From the IMG/VR virus record IMGVR_UViG_3300045988_081376: a stretch of DNA of 64,000 bases. The stretch is one strand, 5' to 3'. This document shows, in pieces, positions 38,640 through 49,254 of the stretch (the first letter of the stretch is position 1; every line of letters begins with the position of its first letter). Source of the stretch: a virus. The notes under the pieces were generated by a model. The model did no database searches. It was not told the origin of the DNA and was given only the letters and a program-made list of their open reading frames with translations. The translations under genes were made by a program, and so were the position numbers.

Positions 38640-40721
38640 TCATACCGTTGGCATCAGGGGGTCGCCCGGCAGCAGAATAATGCGCGCCGACTCTGCGTCT
38701 GCCGTTTCTACCCACGGCAGCGACACGACCTGTGCTTGCTCTCTCGTCCCGTCCGCTGTGCTCATGCTCACCGCGTCGCTTGTCCGGATCTTCCAGATGT
38801 CGCCCTTTCGGTTTTTGAGAAACAGCGTCCTCTGCGTTACGCTCAGCGCATAGATGCGGTCGCGCAGCTCCGTCGTGTCGCTGTAATTGCCCTCTCGGTC
38901 GATGCTTCCGATCAGGCTTGTCAGCGTTCCGCTTCGGTAGTTCGCGGACGACGGCTGCACCGTCGGGTACGGTGTGAAGTTTTGCAGCACTCCCGGCTGG
39001 TTGTTGTTGCCGATCGCCCCGCTCGTCAGGTTCTTTCCAAAGCGGAAAATCCCGCTCGGTCGGTATGTCCCCTCCGCGTCCTCCGCGCATTCCAGCACCG
39101 TCCAGTCCCAGAATACCGGCGTGATCTCCTCGCTGATGATCGGCGCAGTCGTGTAGGTGTCCGTGCCGATGCCGAACATATAGTATCGCACCGGGACTTG
39201 TGATTTTGCCCCGCAGTCCACGATTGCCAGCTTGTCGAGCGTCACGTCTGCGATGCGTTTGAGCGTCTGCGCACCCGTTTCGTATCTGTAAATGGAAAAT
39301 CCTTTCAACCCACTGCCAAATACGCCGTTCAGGTTTCCTGCCTGCAACCAGTCTTTGAAGTTTGCCAGCAGCAGCGTCTTTTCGTCAAAGATGGGGGTAA
39401 ACTCTCCGTCTCCGAAAAGGAGCTCCATCTGCTGCGCCGTCAGGTTTTGTTCGCTCACCCACAAATATTTCGTTACCTGCTCCCCTGTTACCACCAGCCC
39501 TGTGATCGTCACGTCGCCAATGAGGGAGGGTTCCGCCCACTGCGTCACTTCCTCGCCCGTCGACTCGCGCGGATAAAGACCGGCTCTCGGATAAAGCCCC
39601 ACGTTTGGATAAAGGCCGTTCGCTCGGTTTGCCTGTCGGAAATAGACGGTTTCCGGCGTCAAAGCTACAAGGAATTCTGTCCCAAATCGCAGCGTGTCGT
39701 TGTTCTGGTAAATCACGGTGTTCCCGCCCCTGATCGTCAGGGAGTCTTCTGCCGCGTCGAACGAAATGTCGACCTGATCCGTTTTCACCGTCAGGAACGT
39801 CGCCGCCTGTGCAATTTTCCCCCTCCATACCACCATCCATGGCGTCTCGTAGTGCATCGCCTGTCCGGTCACGTTATCCCACGTGACCGTGCTTCCGGCT
39901 GGGAGCTTCAGCTTCCCGCCGCTTATTTCGTAATTCCCGTCCGCTCTTCCCATAATGCTTGCAAGGCGCGGCCATGTAATATAAACGCCGCTCACGCCTT
40001 TTGCGCAGCATACCTGCACCGCCGCCGTTGAGGATGCCGTGGCATAACTCACCGCGAAATAGACCCACCCGGTATCAGCCTGAACGCCGTTTTCGGTTTG
40101 TGCTTGCAGCCGTACACCATAGGTCGTTCCGCTGAAAAGTCCGTCATATTTGAATTGCAGTTCGCCCGTTCCGTAGATGCGTTCCGTGTCATAGAGAGGA
40201 TCGTCTTCTGACCCCTTCGCGCACAGTTTCCATCTCACCCAGTTCAGCGTATCTCCCTGTTCCTGTGAATACTTGCCTGTAAAGGTGTATTCCTTCGCAG
40301 AAAGCGGAGCGGGAATATCCGTGATCGATAGTGTCGGGTCGGCTCGCGTGACGAATGCACTTGCGCTCATTTGCGTCACGCTGTCGCTTACGCCCCAATA
40401 CTGCGTGATGACGAGCTTGTAGTTTTCTCCGTTCTTGATGCCCGCGCCCGAAAGCGCGCTTGCAGGAATCGTGTAACTGAAAAGCTGCGTCTCTCCCGCA
40501 AAATTCGTCCCGTAAAACGGGCACCCGTCGGTGCGCTTTCCTGTCGTATAGAGCTGTGTGCTTGCCTCATTGTTCCGATAGATCGTGATAGAAAATGCCG
40601 TCAGTGCGCTCGTTCCGTTCACCTGCCACGTCACCGTCAGCGCCTTCGTCACGTCCACCACGCCGTTGCCCAGCTCGCCCCACAGCGAAGGGGAAATGTT
40701 CGTCGGCTGATAGATCGCCAT
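38640..40721 (-). CDS. Large distal-tail / tail-tip structural protein
   Basis: From MAIYQPTNISPS, after gggagg. Immediately downstream of the tape measure. Confidence 0.6.
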   Translation of the reverse strand: MAIYQPTNISPSLWGELGNGVVDVTKALTVTWQVNGTSALTAFSITIYRNNEASTQLYTTGKRTDGCPFYGTNFAGETQLFSYTIPASALSGAGIKNGENYKLVITQYWGVSDSVTQMSASAFVTRADPTLSITDIPAPLSAKEYTFTGKYSQEQGDTLNWVRWKLCAKGSEDDPLYDTERIYGTGELQFKYDGLFSGTTYGVRLQAQTENGVQADTGWVYFAVSYATASSTAAVQVCCAKGVSGVYITWPRLASIMGRADGNYEISGGKLKLPAGSTVTWDNVTGQAMHYETPWMVVWRGKIAQAATFLTVKTDQVDISFDAAEDSLTIRGGNTVIYQNNDTLRFGTEFLVALTPETVYFRQANRANGLYPNVGLYPRAGLYPRESTGEEVTQWAEPSLIGDVTITGLVVTGEQVTKYLWVSEQNLTAQQMELLFGDGEFTPIFDEKTLLLANFKDWLQAGNLNGVFGSGLKGFSIYRYETGAQTLKRIADVTLDKLAIVDCGAKSQVPVRYYMFGIGTDTYTTAPIISEEITPVFWDWTVLECAEDAEGTYRPSGIFRFGKNLTSGAIGNNNQPGVLQNFTPYPTVQPSSANYRSGTLTSLIGSIDREGNYSDTTELRDRIYALSVTQRTLFLKNRKGDIWKIRTSDAVSMSTADGTREQAQVVSLPWVETADAESARIILLPGDPLMPTV

Positions 40722-40735
40722 GCTTTCTTCCTCCC

Positions 40736-43700
40736 TCACATATTGTTGTAGTTTCCAAGGCTTCCGCCCAGCTGCGTCATTCGGAGCAAAACTTCTTCAA
40801 ACGAAAGCGACCTTGCGTCCTGCGCGCTGATGCGCACTCCGTTTACGGTATAAGAGGTGTTCGTCACGTTGGAATTCGTCACCGTCCCGCCCGCCGTCAC
40901 CGGCGTTCTGTCCGTAGCACCGTATAGGAATCCAAGCTCGCTCATGCGCTTCTGGAATGTCGCATCTGCCGCCGGGGAAAGGAGTTTTTCCGTCAGGCTC
41001 GGCGGCAGCACCGTCTCCGGTCTGTCGGTCGCCTTGATGCCGCCCGTTCCGTTGAGCCATCCTCCCTGGTCGTATACGTCGTATCTCCCCGTGTAGCTCT
41101 CCGTGGTCATGCTTTGGTCGATCAGCGCCGACTGGTACGACCCGTCAGGGTTTACCGCCGTGATCTGATACGTTCCCGCCGCCGTCACTACCCAGTCGCC
41201 CACATTAAGTCCCGGAGGGGCGCTGCCGTTGCTTCGCACTTTGGCGATCCTGCGGGACGGGCTCGGCGTCCCGTAATTGTATTCTCCGTTGTAATTGCCG
41301 GTCGTCTGGTTTTTGTCTACAAGCTTAGATTCATAGCTCCCGTCCGGGCGTACCCCCGTGATCTCGTAGGTCCCGCCGCCCGTAACCACGCGGTCGCCCA
41401 CTCCCAGACCGCCGGGTGCGCTTCCGTTGGCAAGCACCTTAACGAGTCGGTTTGCCGTTTGCTCCACGCGGTCGCCGAACATGCTCAGGTCGATACCCAG
41501 CGCTTCGAAGAGGTCGCGGTTTTTGAGGATCTGCTCTCTCAGCGCCGGTGTCGCGTTTTCTGCAATGTCCTTGAGAATGTCGTTGATCTCGCGCACTGGG
41601 TCGTTGAGCGAATCCATGATGCGATTCCACGCGTTTTCCAGCGCATCATAGTGAGCGTTGATCTGCTTCTTTTTGGCTTCCAGCGCCGCGATCTCCGCGT
41701 CCCTCTGCAGCTTTTTGTTGTAGTCCGCAAGATCGTCCTTTGCCTTCTCCAGCGCGTCCTGCGCGCTCTTGAGGGCGTCCTCGGCGCTCTTTACATTTTT
41801 CTCATCCGCGATCCATTCCCACTGGTTTGTCTTTGCGTTGTAGGTGCGCACGGTTCGCTCGTTGCGCGCCTCAAGCAGCGCCTTCTGCTTTTCGAGCAGG
41901 TCGTTCTGCCTTTCCGTGATGGCCGCGCGCTTTTCCTCAATGGCGAGCGCCGTGTCCTCGGCTTCGTTCTTTTCCTTCAGCGCGTCGATCTGTGCTTGGA
42001 TCGCGTCCAGCTCTGCGTCTCGGTTTTTCTTCGCCTCGTCCAGCTTCTTCTGCACCGCGCTGTCCAGCTCGGAGAGAAGGCTCTTTTGCAGCTCTGCGAT
42101 TTTCTCCTGCCAGTCGTACCATTCAGCGGAAAGGGCGTTGATCTCGTCCTGACTTGCGCCGATGGAACGCATGTATTCCGCCTGCCGGTGCAGCGCGTTC
42201 TGGATGGCCTTGATCTTCTCCACCTGCTCGCCCACGCTCTTGCCCTGCTTTTCCATCAGGGTAAGCTCACTCTTGAGCAGTGAAACATTTTCCTTGTGCG
42301 CCTCAAGCTGCTTGTCCGTCTGGCTCTTGGCGCTTCTGGAGGAAGGCTTTCCTCCGCTCGGGCTTCCTCCGCTTGGGATTCCGCTGGATTCCGGCGTGTA
42401 GAAATTGGTCAGGCTGCCCCATAGGGCGTTCATGTAGTTCTGCTTCGCCATGCGCATGGCGTCTTGGCTGGTCTTTGCCTTTCCCGCCATCATCAGCCCG
42501 TTTGCCGCCGCGCGGATCTGATTGCTCATGCTGTTCTCGTCCATGCCGAAAACGGCGGCGACCGCGCTTGCCGCATAGCCCGCCTGCGTCGCCAGTGTCC
42601 GCAGTGCCGCGATCTGCTGCGAGAAGTTCAGGTTCTGGTTGTTTGCCGCGATCTCGGCTTGAACAAGGTTGTATAAGTTGTCCTTAGCCTTTCCTGTTTC
42701 CGCGGCTTCTTTCAGAAGGCCATCAACATAGTTGTTAATGTAACCGACAGCCCCATCATAAGCTTTCTCCATGTTCAGAAGGGCGTTGTACATCGCCTTC
42801 TGCTCATCGGTTGCTTTGTCATACCCGATGATGTCAATAGCGGCCGCTAAGCGGATCGCCTCCGAGCGTGCCCGTTCAAAGCCCTTGATGCTCTCATCGG
42901 AGACCTTCTTGTTCTTTTGCAGCTCGGATGTGTAGTTTTGCAGCTCGCCAGTCAGCAGACGGTAGTAGTCGCCATCGGTAGTAATTGTGGTGCTCGGCGT
43001 GGAAACGAGTTTCCCCTTCACACGCTGCTGGCTGTATGTAGTCGTGACGCGCGAAGCGTTGTCAAGCTGATCCTGCGCCTTTTGTTTTTTCAGCTCCTTG
43101 TAGTTTTCGATCTGGTTCTGAAGCTCGGCATTTTCTCGTTCAAGAGCATCCCGCTCCGCAAGGATCTCAGTCGTTCGCTCGTTCCATGGGATATTATTGA
43201 TTTCTTCCAGTCTGCTCTTGTTGTCGTCCAGTTTTTTACTATTGGACTGAATGTCTGCATTTAGGTCATCAATAGACTTCCTCGTATCTTCTGTCGCATC
43301 CAAAAGAATCTTTAAGGTTGCCGCCGCCGCAGCGATTCCGAGTATCCACGGATTAAGTGTTGCGACGTTCAGAGCAACAGCCGCCTTTTTTACTGCGCTC
43401 GCAGCTCCTGCAATTCCGTAAAGCCCCGCGGCAACCGCGCCAAATGTCACAACCGCTCTTCCGAAATCCGTGTTTAGCAGATTTACCGTTGCGATCAACC
43501 CATCCAAAGAGACTTTGATTTGATCGGTCTCAACGAGGTTGGAAACGAATTCAGCCCAGCTGTTTTTCAGAATATTGGTCTTGCGCGTCCAGCTGTCCAG
43601 CGCGTTCTCAACTTCTTTGTCTGCGCTTCCGATGGCATTCCCGTAGTCAGCCAGCATGGACTCGTACATGTCCCAGTTCTGGATCAGCGCGAGCAGCTGC

Positions 43701-44764
43701 GAGGTGCGCAGTTTGCCGCCGATGTCGCTGACCATTTCCATCAGCTTCTGCTCGGTCAGCAGCCCGTCCTTCATGCTCTGCGCAAGACCGCCGATGGCCT
43801 TCATCGGGTCGATGACTTCGCCGGTCGCCTGCGCCGCATCGTAGGCATCCTTTGCGTAAATCTTGATGACATCGCGCAAGCCCGCGATCTCGCCGGTCGT
43901 CCACGTCACGCCCTCGTCGATCTCCGTCTTGGTGTCACCCACGATGTTGAGAACCAAAGCGCGGAACGCGCGGGCGGCCTCCGTGCCGCTTCTCTGCGTT
44001 ACCGCCGTGATCGTACCGATGGCAGCGGTCAGCTCGTCGATGCCGACGTGCGCCTGTGCCGCGACGGGCGCCACCGTGCCAAGTCCTTCCGCAATCTTGG
44101 ATAATGAGGTGGCGTACCTGTTGTCGATCTCGTTCGAGCCGTCCAGCACCTTGCTCAGTGCTTCGATGTTGCCCTTGTACTGGTACGCCGCATCCACGGA
44201 AAGAAGGAACTGCTGCGCCGTCTCTGCATTGGTGTCGCCCACGAGCTTTGTCTTTGTCGCAAGCTCGGCAAGGTCTGCCGCCTGACTTCCGTAACCCGCG
44301 CGGGCAAATGCCGAAACGGAGCTGAGATATTCGTCCGCGGCTTCTCCGTAAGCGGAAGCGACCTTATAAGCCTTCTCGCTCAGTGCGTCCAGCTCCGCCG
44401 CCGTCGCCCCTGTCACCTTGCGCACGGTCACAAGCTCGTCGTCGACCTTCTTCATCATGTCCAGCGCATCGCGGAACGCGCCCAGCGTCTTGCTGACCAT
44501 CGTGCCCATGACCTGCCAGACGAGCATCTTCTTATAGATATTGCCGAAACTATCTCCCAACAGGTCGTTTGCCACAGTCACCTTTTTTGTGGATACCGCC
44601 GCCTTTTCCGCCGCCGTGCTGACCTCTTTCAGTTCCCTTGTGGCATTCCCCGCACCCATCTTCACGGGTGTTGCGCTGATTCCGGCAACCTCGCGTTTGA
44701 CTTTCTCTACCTCGATGTGTACCTGCAAAAAATCAGGAACGCCCTTAAAAAGTACCTGTGCCAT
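40736..44764 (-). CDS. Tail tape measure protein
   Basis: 1342 aa. TP901-type core (LGTVAPVAAQAHVGIDELTAAIGTITAVTQRSGTEAARAFRALVLNIVGD), long coiled coils, TM-like segment. Confidence 0.9.
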   Translation of the reverse strand: MAQVLFKGVPDFLQVHIEVEKVKREVAGISATPVKMGAGNATRELKEVSTAAEKAAVSTKKVTVANDLLGDSFGNIYKKMLVWQVMGTMVSKTLGAFRDALDMMKKVDDELVTVRKVTGATAAELDALSEKAYKVASAYGEAADEYLSSVSAFARAGYGSQAADLAELATKTKLVGDTNAETAQQFLLSVDAAYQYKGNIEALSKVLDGSNEIDNRYATSLSKIAEGLGTVAPVAAQAHVGIDELTAAIGTITAVTQRSGTEAARAFRALVLNIVGDTKTEIDEGVTWTTGEIAGLRDVIKIYAKDAYDAAQATGEVIDPMKAIGGLAQSMKDGLLTEQKLMEMVSDIGGKLRTSQLLALIQNWDMYESMLADYGNAIGSADKEVENALDSWTRKTNILKNSWAEFVSNLVETDQIKVSLDGLIATVNLLNTDFGRAVVTFGAVAAGLYGIAGAASAVKKAAVALNVATLNPWILGIAAAAATLKILLDATEDTRKSIDDLNADIQSNSKKLDDNKSRLEEINNIPWNERTTEILAERDALERENAELQNQIENYKELKKQKAQDQLDNASRVTTTYSQQRVKGKLVSTPSTTITTDGDYYRLLTGELQNYTSELQKNKKVSDESIKGFERARSEAIRLAAAIDIIGYDKATDEQKAMYNALLNMEKAYDGAVGYINNYVDGLLKEAAETGKAKDNLYNLVQAEIAANNQNLNFSQQIAALRTLATQAGYAASAVAAVFGMDENSMSNQIRAAANGLMMAGKAKTSQDAMRMAKQNYMNALWGSLTNFYTPESSGIPSGGSPSGGKPSSRSAKSQTDKQLEAHKENVSLLKSELTLMEKQGKSVGEQVEKIKAIQNALHRQAEYMRSIGASQDEINALSAEWYDWQEKIAELQKSLLSELDSAVQKKLDEAKKNRDAELDAIQAQIDALKEKNEAEDTALAIEEKRAAITERQNDLLEKQKALLEARNERTVRTYNAKTNQWEWIADEKNVKSAEDALKSAQDALEKAKDDLADYNKKLQRDAEIAALEAKKKQINAHYDALENAWNRIMDSLNDPVREINDILKDIAENATPALREQILKNRDLFEALGIDLSMFGDRVEQTANRLVKVLANGSAPGGLGVGDRVVTGGGTYEITGVRPDGSYESKLVDKNQTTGNYNGEYNYGTPSPSRRIAKVRSNGSAPPGLNVGDWVVTAAGTYQITAVNPDGSYQSALIDQSMTTESYTGRYDVYDQGGWLNGTGGIKATDRPETVLPPSLTEKLLSPAADATFQKRMSELGFLYGATDRTPVTAGGTVTNSNVTNTSYTVNGVRISAQDARSLSFEEVLLRMTQLGGSLGNYNNM

Positions 44765-44781
44765 TCATCCACCGCCTATCG

Positions 44782-45318
44782 TCAGTCTGAAAATCCCTCG
44801 TCGCCGTCTCGTGTCGTGCTGAATAGATCCGCCGCGGCCTCGAGCGTGCCGTCTGCTGCGTTGATGCCGTCCACCAGCGCCCGCTCCGCGCGCCCCTCCT
44901 CGATCATTTCACCGAGGAAATTGGTAAAGAACGGCCTCTTGGGCGGCTTCCTGCGCCAGTCATAATCAGGATTCCTGTTCTCAATGCGCCCAATCAGTGC
45001 GTCACCGTCCAGCTGCGCTTCCGGCTCCACCTGCTCGCTTTCTCCGCTCGGAAGGTAGACCATCCGCACGCCGTTATCTCTCATGTCAAAGCGCGCATTT
45101 GCATCAATGTCTGCAAGTCCGCCATATTCGCCGCGCCTCACATACTCTTTTGGTGTAAATTTCTCGTATACGTCCCCTTGCACGTGCTCGGCAAGGCACG
45201 CTGACATTTCTTCCTTGAGCACCGGCATCGCGTTTTTCATTGCCGCGCGGAGTTTGCCCTCGATCTGGGCGATGTCCTCGTCCAGCCCCGTCACGCTCGC
45301 CGAAAGTGAAATATTCAT
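44782..45318 (-). CDS. Tail-associated protein (function unassigned)
   Basis: From MNISLSASVTGLDEDIAQIEGKLRAAMKNAMPVLKEEM. aggagg lies 9 nt before 45318. Directly upstream of the tape measure. Confidence 0.55.
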   Translation of the reverse strand: MNISLSASVTGLDEDIAQIEGKLRAAMKNAMPVLKEEMSACLAEHVQGDVYEKFTPKEYVRRGEYGGLADIDANARFDMRDNGVRMVYLPSGESEQVEPEAQLDGDALIGRIENRNPDYDWRRKPPKRPFFTNFLGEMIEEGRAERALVDGINAADGTLEAAADLFSTTRDGDEGFSD

Positions 45319-45417
45319 GCGTCTTCGCCTCCTGCCGTTTCGGCGTTTTGCAAGCGCCAAGGCGCGATCTCCCTCGTGCCCTCGCGCTCGCCCCCTCTTG
45401 CGAGGGGGCTTTTGTTT

Positions 45418-46542
45418 TCATTCGCTCGTTACCACGAGATTCGCCGTGCAGGAGAACTGCGCAGCTCCCTTTGCGGGATAGGTAACGGTGATCTTTCCGG
45501 TGCTTCCAGCGGTCGCGCCCGCCGTGATCACGCCGTCCGGCGAAACGCTCGTGCCACTCGGGCCGCCCGTCAGCTCGTACTTCACCTGATTGGCGGGAAC
45601 GATGTCGACGAGCTGTCCGTTTGCCATCACGAACTTGGCGTTTACCTTTGCCGTGCCGCTCGTGGGCACCGTCACCACGCCGCCCACGATGGCAAGACCC
45701 TTGATGTCGGCTCCCGCCTCATCAGGGACGTAGAGGTAGTGCGCCAGCACGCTTTCGCCGCAGTTGTCGCAGGTGCCGGAAACCACGTCCTCGTCCGCGG
45801 TCAGGGCCTGTCCGGTGTAGCTCGTGGTGTCAGGCGTCGTCTGGTCGCCCACAATGCCGCCGCCGTCTCCGTTGAGCTTCAGCGTCGGCACGATGGCGTA
45901 CAGCCAACCGACGCGCGTGCCGCCGTTGCTCTCGCTGTTCGCGTTGGCGTAAACGGCCATTTGCAGCGTAAAGTGCAGCACCTTCGGGTTCATCATCGAG
46001 GTGATGGTGCCGAGCTGTGCGCTCGCCTTGTTGACGAAGTACCACACCTTGTACTGCTCGCCGCTCTTCGCGGTGAATCCGGTCACGGTGCCGTCCGCAG
46101 TAATGGGATAGGGGATGCCGTCCTGCGCGATCAGCGAGCTTTCGCCCACGGTCTGCACGTAGCACAGCACCTTGCTCATGCCCACCTGTGCGACCGGTGC
46201 GCCGGAGGCAACGTCCACCTTCAGTACCGTTCCCTCAGCAGTCACCACCTGGCAGACGGGCGCGGGCGCGTTATAGCGCAGCGTGCCGCCCACCTGCGCC
46301 ATCTTCATGGCGAGGTTGAATGCAGCGGAGATGCCGTTCACGGTCACGGCGCTGTCGCTGCCCAGCATCGTGGCGATGGCGTTACCCAGTCCCGCGCGGA
46401 TCTCGCCCATCGTCAGGCTCGTCTGGAAGTTCGCGGTCTGGAACTTGTTGTCATAGAAAAGGATCTGTCCGGTCTTCGGGTCTGCGCCAATGCCGAGGCA
46501 CGTTCCCTTGAGGTAAAGTTTCGGATCGGTAAACTGGATCAT
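45418..46542 (-). CDS. Putative major tail (tube) protein with C-terminal Ig-like (Big_2-like) domain
   Basis: 374 aa. C-term VKYELTGGPSGTSVSPDGVITAGATAGSTGKITVTY is Ig-like. Position upstream of the tape measure. Strong hairpin after the stop. Confidence 0.55.
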   Translation of the reverse strand: MIQFTDPKLYLKGTCLGIGADPKTGQILFYDNKFQTANFQTSLTMGEIRAGLGNAIATMLGSDSAVTVNGISAAFNLAMKMAQVGGTLRYNAPAPVCQVVTAEGTVLKVDVASGAPVAQVGMSKVLCYVQTVGESSLIAQDGIPYPITADGTVTGFTAKSGEQYKVWYFVNKASAQLGTITSMMNPKVLHFTLQMAVYANANSESNGGTRVGWLYAIVPTLKLNGDGGGIVGDQTTPDTTSYTGQALTADEDVVSGTCDNCGESVLAHYLYVPDEAGADIKGLAIVGGVVTVPTSGTAKVNAKFVMANGQLVDIVPANQVKYELTGGPSGTSVSPDGVITAGATAGSTGKITVTYPAKGAAQFSCTANLVVTSE

Positions 46543-46575
46543 ACTCTCAACTCCTTTGAAATTTGTCGTCTGTTG

Positions 46576-47415
46576 TTATCCTTGCGCCTGCTGCTCGGCA
46601 ACGGCTTTCGCGCCCGCGCCGCCTGCAAAGCGGTCGAGTGCGATCAGGGCGCCGCTGCTCTGCTGCATTCTGCTGAAAAACGGGCTGGGATACGGGTTTC
46701 CGCCCGTCCACTTTGCGCCGTTCGCTTCGCTTACGCCGCACAGAAGGTATCCCAGCACACGCGCGTAAGCGTCCTTGCGGTCCATCAGTTTCTTAATGGG
46801 CCATTCCATAATGGTTTTCTCGTCCTCGTGGCTCAGTGCCGCCACGGTGCTGAAAAGCTCTCCGAAATCGCCGCTCAGTTTCGCGCTCTTCTGTTCTGCA
46901 ATGTCGCGCTCCGCCTCCACAAGCTCCGGATTCGCGTCTGTGCTCACCAGCTCCACGCCGTTTTGTGCCGCAATGATCTCCCGCAGTCTCGAAAACTGCA
47001 CCGGCGTGATGCTCTGCATCGTTTCTCCGTCCTGCGAGAACTCCACCGCCAGCAGCGTCGACGGATCTCTTTCATCCACCCGCAGTCGAAACCGTTTCAG
47101 CGCCTGTTCCGCTTCCTCGTCCGCCCGCCCAAGCCGCAGGGCGAGTGACAGGAGCAGGAGCGAGCGCGCAAACAGCCCCGTCGGCAGTCCATCGCTGTCT
47201 TTGGTTACAGCCTCGTAGTCCATTGCGTAGTACGCGCTGAGCAGCGGCACGGAGAGATATCTTACAGGGAGCGTCTGCTGCATCAGCTCGAGCGCCGGCC
47301 GCGCCAGCATAAATTCATCCCATCTGGATACAGAAATCGGGTATAGGGTAATGCCGTCCGTTTCGATCTTGCTGTACGTCCGCACGGCTTTTTTGATAGC
47401 AAGAGAAAGTTCCAC
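46576..47415 (-). CDS. Hypothetical structural/assembly protein
   Basis: 279-aa ORF in the late operon. Confidence 0.55.
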   Translation of the reverse strand: MELSLAIKKAVRTYSKIETDGITLYPISVSRWDEFMLARPALELMQQTLPVRYLSVPLLSAYYAMDYEAVTKDSDGLPTGLFARSLLLLSLALRLGRADEEAEQALKRFRLRVDERDPSTLLAVEFSQDGETMQSITPVQFSRLREIIAAQNGVELVSTDANPELVEAERDIAEQKSAKLSGDFGELFSTVAALSHEDEKTIMEWPIKKLMDRKDAYARVLGYLLCGVSEANGAKWTGGNPYPSPFFSRMQQSSGALIALDRFAGGAGAKAVAEQQAQG

Positions 47416-47451
47416 TTTTTTATTTTCTCCTTCCTCGCGTATCCGGAATTT

Positions 47452-47760
47452 TTATAAGGCGATTCCCGCCTGTGCAAAGAAGGCGATGATTGCAGCGCCC
47501 GCCAGAAGCCAGATGACCTTATCCACCATGTTCTCCCAGCGCTCGGCAGGTCTCCCCTCCACCACCGTCATCTTCTTGTCGATCTTGTCGACTTTTTCCG
47601 AAATGTTTTTCTGCTCCTCCGCCATCAGTTTCACGCTTGTGGTCAGTTCATTCATCGCCTTTTGTTCCTCTTCCACCGCATCCATGCGGTGCTTGAGCGA
47701 CTTGATCTCGTGCTCGTGGCCTTCCAGCGCAACGGCTACATCCTGCAATTCCATGCTCAT
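47452..47760 (-). CDS. xhlA: XhlA-like (haemolysin XhlA family) coiled-coil membrane protein
   Basis: 102 aa. Coiled coil HEHEIKSLKHRMDAVEEEQKAMNELTTSVKLMAEEQKNISEKVDKIDKKM, then P..RW...V.K and a C-terminal TM VIWLLAGAAIIAFFAQAGIAL. Confidence 0.7.
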   Translation of the reverse strand: MSMELQDVAVALEGHEHEIKSLKHRMDAVEEEQKAMNELTTSVKLMAEEQKNISEKVDKIDKKMTVVEGRPAERWENMVDKVIWLLAGAAIIAFFAQAGIAL

Positions 47761-47793
47761 GTGGCTGTCCTCCGTGATCGTATTTCTTCTATC

Positions 47794-48498
47794 TCAAAAA
47801 GCGGTCACGGCGCCGGACTCTGCATCGTCGCTCTCCGCCCATTGGATGCTCATTCTGACCTCGCGTCCCACCAGTGTGCCCGTTTGGTCGTAAATTGACC
47901 TGCTCCCATTGTCTCCATGCGCCATGCGAGAAAAATCACATACGCCGATGCCCGTCATGTTTACGCCGTGCAATGCCTCGATGATGCACTGCTCGATGTC
48001 GTATGCGCGGGAATATGCGTCCGTCCTCGTCGTCGTCTCCTGATTCGCGTTGCAGGTGATGATGAATGTCACGCCGATGCGCGCTTTGTAGGGGTTCTCC
48101 GCAAAAACGCGCCCCAGAAAGCATCGGATCGTCGTCTGCGCCTCGGTCTGCGCCTGCCCGTCAAAGCGCTGTGCGTAGAGCCGGTAGCCCTTCTGGTGCT
48201 TTTTCCTCATCTCTGCGCTGTCCACCACGGGCTGTTCGCCGTCAAAAAGCATACTGCGCTTTTCCGCCGCCGTTGGCAGCGAGTTTGCGAGCGGTCTCGC
48301 CCCGTCATACCACAGGTACTTGGAAAGCCGCACGCGCGGCCTTGCGTTATCATCCCGCGGCATATATCCTGCCGCATCGGGCAGATCGAGCAGGTAAAGG
48401 AGCAGCTTCTTCGGCAGCTCCTCCGCTCCCTTGAATGTCAGGTACGAAGGGTGTACGCGCTCGTATGGGTAGGTCGCGCTTTCAAAGTTCGCGTTCAT
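47794..48498 (-). CDS. Hypothetical virion protein
   Basis: 234-aa ORF with a 4-nt overlap to the upstream gene. Confidence 0.55.
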   Translation of the reverse strand: MNANFESATYPYERVHPSYLTFKGAEELPKKLLLYLLDLPDAAGYMPRDDNARPRVRLSKYLWYDGARPLANSLPTAAEKRSMLFDGEQPVVDSAEMRKKHQKGYRLYAQRFDGQAQTEAQTTIRCFLGRVFAENPYKARIGVTFIITCNANQETTTRTDAYSRAYDIEQCIIEALHGVNMTGIGVCDFSRMAHGDNGSRSIYDQTGTLVGREVRMSIQWAESDDAESGAVTAF

Positions 48499-49052
48499 TT
48501 TCCTTCACGCTTCTTTCGAAATGCTTCCAACTCATCCCTGATCTCGCCGGTCCGCTCGGCCAGCTTCTGCACCGCCTCCGGCGTCATGCTCTGCATTGCC
48601 ATCTGCTGCATCCTCGAAACAGGGTCGTTCATTCCCTGAAGCATCGCGTACACCTCTGCGTTGAATCGCTTTTCCAGCTCCTTGTAGTCGGCGATCAGGT
48701 TGTTTGCCCTTTCGCTGGTCGGGCCGCCGCGCGCCTTCATCGCTTTCAGCTGTCCGAGGATGTGTCCGCCCGCCCAGCGGTCGTAGTCGTCTGCCGCCAG
48801 CAGGAACTTCGTTCCCTCCGCCGGTTCGATCTCCTGCATCAGATAGAGCTTTACCAGCGCGCCCATCATGTAGCGGCTCTTGCGCTCTCCGTTTTCCTTG
48901 AAGAACGGAAGAACGGTGTCGTCCGTCAGCCGGATCTCCATGCGTTCAAAGCAGTCCGATGCGCAGGCGCGCAGAAATTCCATCTTTTCCATCAGCGGCA
49001 CATAGTCGCGCGCCGCCGCCATCATTTCGTCTGTCAGCTTTCTGAATTCCAT
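48495..49052 (-). CDS. Hypothetical virion protein
   Basis: 185-aa ORF in the late operon. Confidence 0.55.
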   Translation of the reverse strand: MEFRKLTDEMMAAARDYVPLMEKMEFLRACASDCFERMEIRLTDDTVLPFFKENGERKSRYMMGALVKLYLMQEIEPAEGTKFLLAADDYDRWAGGHILGQLKAMKARGGPTSERANNLIADYKELEKRFNAEVYAMLQGMNDPVSRMQQMAMQSMTPEAVQKLAERTGEIRDELEAFRKKREGK

Positions 49053-49074
49053 AATGTAAACTCCTTTCAGATCG

Positions 49075-49254
49075 TTATGGATTTTTGCGTTCTCTCATCG
49101 GGCATCGCGCCCCGTCGGGCGATACCTCGCACCGCCCCGTGTCGGGACAGAAAAACTGATGCGCGCACCAATCACTTTCGCTGTTGTGCTCGTCCGCGCA
49201 GCAATGCAGACTCACATCTCCGATCTTTCGGTAAGCGTATGGGCAGTGCTCCAT
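49075..49254 (-). CDS. Small Cys/His-rich protein
   Basis: MEHCPYAYRKIGDVSLHCCADEHNSESDWCAHQFFCPDTGRCEVSPDGARCPMRERKNP. ggaggg lies 8 nt before 49254. Confidence 0.5.
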   Translation of the reverse strand: MEHCPYAYRKIGDVSLHCCADEHNSESDWCAHQFFCPDTGRCEVSPDGARCPMRERKNP

